Below are positions 47,307-55,700 of a DNA stretch of 62,070 nucleotides, in pieces (position 1 is the stretch's first letter; each line of letters begins with the position of its first letter). The stretch is from contig CAZDVO010000008.1 of assembly GCA_964508905.1 (NCBI GenBank), forward strand, positions 1 to 62,070, read 5' to 3'. The stretch comes from an uncultured bacterium. Lineage in GTDB: Bacteria; Omnitrophota; Omnitrophia; Omnitrophales; Aquincolibacteriaceae. The translations under genes and the position numbers were made by a program. Below the pieces are notes generated by a model. That model was not told the DNA's origin. It saw nothing but the letters and a program-made list of their open reading frames with translations, and did no database searches.

Positions 47307-49454
47307 ATGGCTCAAGACCTTCTCGCCGGCCTGAACCCGGCACAAAAGGAAGCCGTGACCTGGTCCCCGGTCCGTCCGTTGCTGATCCTGGCCGGCGCGG
47401 GGAGTGGCAAGACGCGCATCCTCACGCACCGGATCGCGTGGCTGATCGAACACGGAGTGCCCGCTTTTAACATCCTCGGGGTCACCTTCACCAATAAGGC
47501 CGCAGCCGAAATGCGGAACCGTATTGAGCGGCTCGTTTCACAGCGCGTCTGGGTGAGCACCTTCCACTCCACGTGTCTTCGTATCTTGCGCCAGGATGGT
47601 CCCGCGATGGATCTCGACAGGAATTTCATTATCTACGACGAGTACGACCAGCTCCAGGTCATCAAGGAATGTATCGCGGAGCTCAAATTGAGCGAGAAGG
47701 ATGTTAACCCCAAGGCGGTTCGGGAAGAGATCCAGAGGTCGAAAGATTTTCTGATCATGCCGGACCAGTATGCCGCCAAGGCGATGGAGCTTTTTCAGGA
47801 TCGCGTCGGAAAAGTCTATAAGCTGTATGAGAGTAAGATGCTGCGGCTTAAGGCTTGCGACTTTGGCGATCTGATCATGAAGACCGTACTTCTTTTTGAC
47901 CGGCATCCCGAGGTTCTGAGATCATGGCAGGATCGCTTTCAGCATGTCCTGATCGACGAATACCAGGACACGAACCACGCTCAATACCGGCTTGTGAAGT
48001 GCCTGGCCGCGGCCCGTCGCCAGATCACCGTGGTCGGCGACCCGGACCAGTCGATCTATGCCTGGCGCGGGGCCGATATCAAGAATATCCTGAACTTTGA
48101 GGCGGATTATCCCGACGCCGGGGCGATTCGCATGGAGCAGAACTACCGGTCGACGCCGGTGATCCTGAATGCGGCCAATCATCTGATCAAGAATAATCAA
48201 ATGCGTCGTCCCAAGGCCCTTTGGACCGAACAAAAGGGCGGGGCGAAGATCGAGCTCTACAATGCCGAAGACGAGATCTCTGAGGCGAAGTATGTGGTCG
48301 GGACCATCTTGAAGAATAGGGCTATGGGAAGGACTTTCGCCGAGCAGGTCGTTTTTTACAGGGTTCACGCGCAGTCGCGCGTGATGGAAGAGGAACTGAT
48401 GCGTTCGAATATCCCGTACAAGATCGTGGGCGGGACGCGTTTTTATGACCGCAAGGAGATCAAGGACATTATCGCGTACCTAAGGATCGTGGCCTACCCG
48501 CACGATGAGGTGAGCCTGAAGCGTGTCATCAATGTGCCGCCGCGAGGGATCGGCAAGAAAGCGCTCGAGACGCTTGATGGCGCAACGCGAAAAAGCCAGG
48601 ATGACGGAGGGCGGATGGCGGATGACGTAAAAGTCGAAGCTCCATCCTCCAGCCTCCATCCTCCACCCGGAACGTGGGATTCTGTGCTGTCCAATGTCGA
48701 GACGATCGAGGGGCTCACGCCGCGCGTCAAAAAGAGCCTTTCTGCGTTCTACGCCTGGCTGACGAAGCTTCGCCGGAAACAGCATGAAATGACGATTCAC
48801 GAGATCCTTGAAAGGATCCTGGAAGATACCGGTTACGTGACGGCGCTTGAGTCGGAGCGGACGCCCGAGGCGCAGGCCCGGCTTGAGAATATCGAGGAAT
48901 TCTACAGCGTGATCGAGAATTTTAATGAAAAGCTGGATGGAGGATGGAGGATGGAGGATGGCGATAAGCCAGGGACTGCGTCCTCCGCCCTCCACCCTCC
49001 GCCATCCGTTCTTATGGCGTTCCTGGATTCGATCGAGCTGGTGACCGATCTGGATGCGTGGGACCAGGGAACGAACGTGCTGACACTGATGACGCTCCAC
49101 ACCGCCAAAGGTTTGGAGTTCCCGATCGTTTATATGGTGGGGTTGGAAGAGGGGATCTTCCCGCATGTGAATTCCTTCGCAGGTTCTTCTGATGAGATCG
49201 AGGAAGAGCGGCGTCTGGCTTATGTGGGCATCACGCGGGCTCGCGAACGGCTCCATTTTTCCTACGCGACCGAACGGCGCATGTATGGCGCCACACATCA
49301 TAATCTTCCGTCCCGGTTCTTGACGGAGATCCCGTCCAACCTTTTGGACGCGCGTGTGTCCTTTTCCCGCAACAGTTTTCGCGATGAAGATGAGAACCAG
49401 GACCGCTACGGCTCCGTTCACGATCCCGATCCTCTCATCGAATTCGACGACTGA
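47307..49454 (+). CDS. pcrA: SF1 DNA helicase PcrA/UvrD (start ATG 47307)
   Basis: LNPAQ, AGAGSGKT, TFTNKAA, DEYQDTN, VGDPDQSIY, EQNYRS, MTLHTAKGLEF and EERRLAYVGITRA motifs; GGAG RBS at 47295. Confidence 0.96.
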   Translation: MAQDLLAGLNPAQKEAVTWSPVRPLLILAGAGSGKTRILTHRIAWLIEHGVPAFNILGVTFTNKAAAEMRNRIERLVSQRVWVSTFHSTCLRILRQDGPAMDLDRNFIIYDEYDQLQVIKECIAELKLSEKDVNPKAVREEIQRSKDFLIMPDQYAAKAMELFQDRVGKVYKLYESKMLRLKACDFGDLIMKTVLLFDRHPEVLRSWQDRFQHVLIDEYQDTNHAQYRLVKCLAAARRQITVVGDPDQSIYAWRGADIKNILNFEADYPDAGAIRMEQNYRSTPVILNAANHLIKNNQMRRPKALWTEQKGGAKIELYNAEDEISEAKYVVGTILKNRAMGRTFAEQVVFYRVHAQSRVMEEELMRSNIPYKIVGGTRFYDRKEIKDIIAYLRIVAYPHDEVSLKRVINVPPRGIGKKALETLDGATRKSQDDGGRMADDVKVEAPSSSLHPPPGTWDSVLSNVETIEGLTPRVKKSLSAFYAWLTKLRRKQHEMTIHEILERILEDTGYVTALESERTPEAQARLENIEEFYSVIENFNEKLDGGWRMEDGDKPGTASSALHPPPSVLMAFLDSIELVTDLDAWDQGTNVLTLMTLHTAKGLEFPIVYMVGLEEGIFPHVNSFAGSSDEIEEERRLAYVGITRARERLHFSYATERRMYGATHHNLPSRFLTEIPSNLLDARVSFSRNSFRDEDENQDRYGSVHDPDPLIEFDD
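48599..48668 (+). repeat. Heptamer-arm palindrome, family C (GGATGGA / TCCATCC), in frame inside pcrA
   Basis: GGATGAC GGAGGGC GGATGGC GGATGAC, 14-nt spacer, TCCATCC TCCAGCC TCCATCC TCCACCC. Confidence 0.8.
48935..49007 (+). repeat. Heptamer-arm palindrome, family C, second in-frame copy inside pcrA
   Basis: GGATGGA x3 GGATGGC (48935-48962), spacer, TCCTCCGCCCTCCACCCTCCGCCATCC (48981-49007). Confidence 0.82.
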
Positions 49455-49629
49455 TCGGCCTTTTTCGTTCCTTTCTCGCGGCCCCGCCCGTTCTGTCCCG
49501 TTCTTGAAATGGAACAGTATTTCCAAGGATCGATCGACTTCTACTTCATAATTCTTCAAAATAATCCCCCGATAGCTATATCTCTTTTGAAATGAATGGG
49601 TTACGAACCAAGCTGTTTTTGCCGTAGGC

Positions 49630-49658
49630 TTGAAATATATTAGAACTTAATGTATCTT
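49630..49658 (+). promoter_or_regulatory. Sigma70-type promoter of the giant-protein gene, in an AT-rich intergenic tract
   Basis: TTGAAA (49630-49635), 17-nt spacer, TATCTT (49653-49658). Confidence 0.5.
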
Positions 49659-49711
49659 TTTAATAAGGAGAGATAAATAAAATCATATATAACTGTAAAA
49701 CATAGCAATCT

Positions 49712-52700
49712 ATGACAAACACAGCTAAAAAAATCATAAGCTTGGTGGTGCTCGTCTGCTTTGCGATGACGCAAACGGTGTCCGCAAATCCCGGGGCGAG
49801 TATTGAGATCGCGACGCGTTATGAAACGCCCTCGTTCCTCCAGATCGATATCCCGGCAGAACTCGCGACGCTTGACGGGCTTTTTGAAGCGCCTCCGCGC
49901 CCTGATCCGCGTCTGGTGCTTCATGTTCAGAACGCGCACGCGAATTACGGCGCGCAGATGAAGATCAAAGAGCTGCTCCAATACCTGCACAAGACGTATG
50001 GTTTCAAAACGATCTTCGTCGAAGGCGCTTCCGAAGACCTGAATCCCGATTACCTCCGCATGTTCCCGGACAGGGAACGGAACATGAAACTCGCCGACTT
50101 TCTCATGCAACAGGGGGAATTGACGGGCGCGGAACTTTTCATCCTGGAGCAGGATGGCGGAGGGCGGAGGGCGGAGGGCGCAAAAAATCAGGATGACCGG
50201 GGGGAGAAAGCTGATGGCGTATATGCCGAGACCCCATCCTCCATCCTCCATCCTCTATCCGAGCCCAGTGTTCGGGCTCACGGGATCGAAAATGCGGAGC
50301 TCTATCGCGAGAACTACGACGCGCTCAAAAAAGTTTTCGGTTCGGGAAAGACCGTTACGCGTTATCTCGGAGGCTATGAGTCGCGGCTCGATGGCTTGGC
50401 CTCCAAAGTTTTTTCGCCGGAACTCCGTAAACTCCTGGGCGATTGGAAAAAATTCGAAAAAGGACAGCGCGAATTCATGCCCTATGTTCACGCGCTCACG
50501 GGGAATGCCAAAAAGATCCTGGGCGTTGACCTTGAGAGTTTGCTCGCGCAGGTCGAATGGCCGCAGATCTCGCGTCTTTTGCAGCTTCAGGTGATGGAAA
50601 AGGAACTTCAGACCGAGAAGGCTCTCGCTGAGAAAGATAAGCTGATCACGTTCCTGACGGCGAAACGGGTGACGCCGGAGCTGCTGGCGGCCATCAAGGA
50701 TTTTCAGGGGCAGCGGGTGAGCGTGCTCCGCGGGAAGTCGGATGCCGTTCCGGCCGGCCTGCAACCCCGGGACCTAATGGAAAAACTGGTCCTTGAAGCC
50801 GGCCCGAAGGGATTCCGCTTTCAGGATTATCCGGCATTTAGTATCTACGCGGGGTATCTCATCCTCAAGAACGAACTTGATCCGAAGCGGCTTTTTGAGG
50901 AGATCCGCACTGTCTTTGCCCGTATGTTGGATACCCTAGCCAAGACGCCTCGCCAGCGGGAACTTCTTGCGATCTATCGTGACGAAGAACTTGTTCGTAA
51001 ATTGCTCAACCTTGAACTGCCGCGCCGGGAATGGCGCGAGGCGGTGGCGAAACAGCAGGAGTTGGGAATGGATGTGATGGTCGAGCGGCTGAAGACGATC
51101 GGCGCACTCGTTAGCAAAGAATCCAATCTGCCGCTTTCCAGTTTTGAGACGAAAAAAGTGAGCGAGGCGTTCCGCCAGGAAGTTATGGGGATCCAAGCCG
51201 CCGCGTTCGGGTTCTACGATGCCGCACGGCGTCGTGAAGATGTGTTCTACCAGAAGATCGAGGAAGTGATGACCCGCAACGCGGAGTCGAAGGCCGTGCT
51301 CGTCACCGGCGGTTTTCACACGGACGGCATCACCGATCTTCTTCGTGAGCATCAGGTGAGCTATGGGATCCTCACCCCGCGCCTTCTCGAAAAATCCGAC
51401 GAGAATCTCTATCGCTCCGTCATGTTGCAGAACAAACAAAGCACGTTTGAACTGTCTTATCTGGAGGCTGTTTCGCGATTGCAGGGATATCTCGCCCAAG
51501 GGGGGCAAGTCGGGGAGGTGGAGGTGGTGGCTAGTTTGGAGGCCGTGCTTCGAGCGATCGGTCACGCCGGCGATTTGGGGAATATTGCGGACGCCATCAA
51601 GATCTTCAATGAGTCCTCTTACGCGATCAATGGGAAAATCCAGATCGATCCGAATCCGATCAGCAATGATGAAAAGGGCCGTCCCGTCTACCAAGTCCTC
51701 CATCGGTCGGAAGCGAGACGTGATGATCTCCACGGTGTAGCGATGCCCTGGTATTCCCACGCGGTTGAGACGGGCATGCGTCTTTCCGGTAATCTTTTTT
51801 TTGATCGGGGTGTGGGGATGATGAATGATCTTTTAAGACGAACGGATCTGACGCCGGAGATCCTGGAACGGGCTTTTTGGGGGTGGCATCAGGTCATGGA
51901 TGTGGCTCAAGGACAGAAAGATATTTATCGTGTTCAACCGGAAGCGATTCAGCAGCTTTTTGCGAAAGTCCTGTTCGATGCATCCCAGCCGGTGACTCGT
52001 GAAAATGTGTATGAGAAAGTGGCGGAGCTTTACTATGAATTGCACCGGATGCAGCCTTTTGTTGAAGGCAACCACCGTGCGATAAGCCTGCTCGTGAACT
52101 TTGTCTTTCTGAAGGTTGGGGTTCCGGCCTTTTATCTGAACCAGCGGAATACTCCGAATTACGACGAGATGCGAAAGCTGATCCGTCTGCCAGTCCAGAC
52201 ACGACGGAATGCTGACTGGGGGAAGGTGTCGAGCGATCGTTTAAGAGCGGCATTCAAAAATGCCGGGATGGAACTTCCCGTGAGGCCGGTTCGAGAGACG
52301 TCGGCTTTGAACGATGATAATCTCAAGAAGGTCATAGCCTCCTTCTTTATGATCGAAGCTGCAACGATCCGCTCGGAATCGCGGACGGGGGAGGTCTTAA
52401 CGGAGTCGCGTGTGCAATCCGCCGCGGACTCGTTGGAACTCCAAATAGAGGCGGTTCGTCGCGAAAACGTAGGTAAGCCGACTTGGATGAGAGCCCCCAA
52501 TAGTAGCGTCACGAATCTCAGCGAGCGTCATTGGCTTTTAGTGCGCACCCCTCAATTTAAGAGCTTTTTCGGTGACTGGGAGCATGACCCCCAAAATGCT
52601 TCCAAGGTTTTAGATGAAAATGGAGAGCCGCTCTTAGTCTGGCACGGCTCGCAAGCGGCGGCGGCATTCGATGCGTTTGACCCCGAAGCAAAACGCATTA

Positions 52701-55700
52701 CAGATATCGGAGATCTCGGATGGGGCAGTTATTTTACGGGCTCTCGCGAAACGGCGGAAGTTTTTACCTGGCGGCTCAACGCCACACAAGGACCGTTGGT
52801 GAGTGCGTTTTTAAACATTCGAAATCCTGCGAGCGTTGAGACGGTCCAGAAGAATGGCGGGAATGGTAAGAGCCGTACTCCAGAAGCGGCGAAGTCGCTG
52901 GTCCAGACACTTACAAATTTGGGACATGACGGCGCCTTTCGCACACCCTTGGAAGTGGTGTTCGGCAAGCCAGTTACCGAATGGGTGGTCTATGACAATG
53001 CCAATATTTTTATGGTCTCACCCGATGTTCTTTCAGAAGAGACTCCCACTATCGACCGTCAGAATGTTCCCGCTCGTGTGGAGATGCGGACGATCGAGCA
53101 GACAAAGTTATCCCTCGATGGAGGGACGCTGCAGGTTCCTTCCATTGCTCCTGGGGCCGGGATTCAGATGGTCGTCGGGAAAGATGCTGAGTTCCAGAAA
53201 GCCCGCTTGGAATCGCGGCAAAAGACGGTTTCGAAGCGTGAGAAGCTCCTGCAAACGGTGGCGGTTGCGGGTTTCTTTGCGTTCTGGGCTGGTTTCCCCG
53301 ATCTTTCCCTGGCGCGTGAGAAGACGGCCTATGTTCCCTATGTCGCCCGACAAGAAAAAGCTCCATCCGAACCCTCTCGCGTGGCCCCGGGGGTAGAGCT
53401 GTTGGATTTCACGAAGTTGTGGGCCGCTGTCATGTCACAAGGTGTTTTGCGAGGGGTTACCGAGGAAGATCTTAGACAGTCGATTGACTATTCAAACCGT
53501 CCAGATATCCGTGCGCAGGTTCAAGCCGCTTATGCGATGCTTATTCGTGATGGATTGCTGCCGGAAGGGACCAAGTTTCCTGTGGTTTTACTCAAAGGGA
53601 TTGATGAATCCCTTTTTAGCAAGCTTGGCATATCGGCGGATAGCTTTGCTGTTGCCCCGAGGGGAAGTGGCGTTGTCTTTGTCCCCCGGGTTGCTTGGGA
53701 TCGACTGGATCCCGATGTGTCAAAAGCAGCCTGGCTCTTGGTGAAGGCCGGGCATGAGGCGCGGCACCATATGGATCTTCTTAATGATCCGAACATCTCT
53801 ACGCTGCGTACGGAAGCCAACGCGTACGCGGTTACGGCTCGCTCGATGGAGTTGGCGGGTTATCCGGAGGAGCAATTGATCTTGCAGAGACAGGTGGCAT
53901 CGGCGTTCAAAGTCTTGGCGGATAGCGAAGAGGCGGTCTCGCGGATCTTTGGAAAAGGAACCCTTTTTCGAAATATTAATTACGGAAATATAGCCGTCGA
54001 CGGAAGTGGCTTTGTCCGTGTTGAGCTTTTGGATGAGGTTAACGGAAAGAAAATAATGATCGGCGTCGATCTTAACGCTCCGTTGGGCAAGCAGATATTC
54101 GAGCTTGTTGCAAAACCGGCAGAACAATCATCAAATGCAGAGACTCAGACTCATGCGGTCTATGCCTCTCGAGAGAGTCTTGGAGGAGTGCTTACTCCGC
54201 TGACGGATATTCCCTCAAGTATGGTTTTGGCCGTTCTGGGGCTTATGGCCGCCGTTCCTCGTCGGGGGACGCGCGCCGGTCAAACAAGTGCCGCGCCCTC
54301 TAAATCGCAGGAGACGAAAAAGAAGTTGGCGGCCGTGCGATCCGAGTCGAGGGCCCAGGCTGCTGCGGAGGGGGAGGAGCTTACGTTGGATCAGGTCCGC
54401 AAGGAGTTTGCGGCGACCTTCAGGCACGAATTCGCGGATGATTTGACGGTACTTGCCGGTTTGCCCCAGTTGTTAATTCAGCCGGAGCTTTTTCCCGAGG
54501 CCCGTCGCACAAGCATAGATCTTGGGCGCAAGTCTCTTAAAGCTCTTCGCGCACAGGTGGAGCGACTCCGCCAGGAACAGGGTGAGAATTTTGTGCGAGC
54601 GCCTAACCATGGGGCTACCGACGGGTCCTTTTTGCTGGTGGATTCCCACACGCAAAGTTATGGGAACAACTATCATCAGCTGAGCCAACAGTGGCACCAG
54701 TATGCCCGCATGGAAGTTCTAGCTCTTGTGAACCATAAGCAGTTAGCGGCCAATTTAGAGATGGTTATTGATAAAGCCGAGGAGTGGTTGAATAAGGTGG
54801 CGGCGAAGCTTGCTCAAGGTGAAAAACTTGCCGATGCTGATCTGAAGGATGGGGACGATTTCGGGGAAACGTTCCTTTATGTACTTGATCAGCTGGGGCG
54901 AGGGGAATTCGAGTCCTGGGTCGGCGAGCCCCAGAGTGAGGGCGGTTCGCTGCAGGTGAACGAGGTCGGGACGCCTGCGCTACCGATGGTGTCGGAAAAC
55001 CATGGCTACTGGGTTGATGCGATCACGAATCTGGCGAGGCAGTACGGGCGGACTTTGAGAAGGCGGACTTTGAGCGAGGAGCGTCTGACGGTCGTGGAGA
55101 TCCCGGGCAGGGACCGTTATTTACCTGGAGCGTTCCATTTGTTGAATGCCGAAGGAAAGGTCATCGGTGTCAGCCTAGTGGAAGATATCATTTTCCGGGC
55201 CGTTGATCCTAAAACGGGTGAGCCGATTGATGACGAGGTGATCAAACGAGCTGATGGTGAATCCATGAGAGATGAGCTGAATGCCACCTGGGCGCTCGAG
55301 GAAGCCTGGGCGCTCAAGGAAGCCGACAAATATGGGTATCTGCGCGCGTGGGAAGCGGGTGTGATGGCGAATGGACAAGGTTTTTGGGCGCGGCTCAAAG
55401 GCCCGAAAAAAGGCCAAGATCTTAGCCAGGCAAATCCACGGCTTTCGGTCATAGATCTTTTTAAAGGCTTAGCTGGCGCGGGCGAGAGGTTTGTCCAACT
55501 ACATCAAGCAGGCCTTATCCATGGAGATATTAAGCCCGGGAACATTCTTCTTGGGGAAGATCCGAAAGGAGCCCTAGACGTTTCAAATTCATACGTGATC
55601 GATCTCACAGGGGTTCAGCAATTGGGGGCTAACCCGGACGCGGAAACAGTGTTGGGAACGACGTGGATGAACCCCCTTATAAAAATGGAGGGACGTCCGG

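Noticed and set aside
49640-50251. 203-aa minus-strand ORF starting MEDGGWG
   Set aside because: It is antisense to the giant gene, and its start comes from the family C repeat arm.
46758-50260. Clustered short repeats as a possible CRISPR array
   Set aside because: The units are 7 nt and tandem with inverted arms. There are no 23-47 nt direct repeats with unique spacers and no cas genes.
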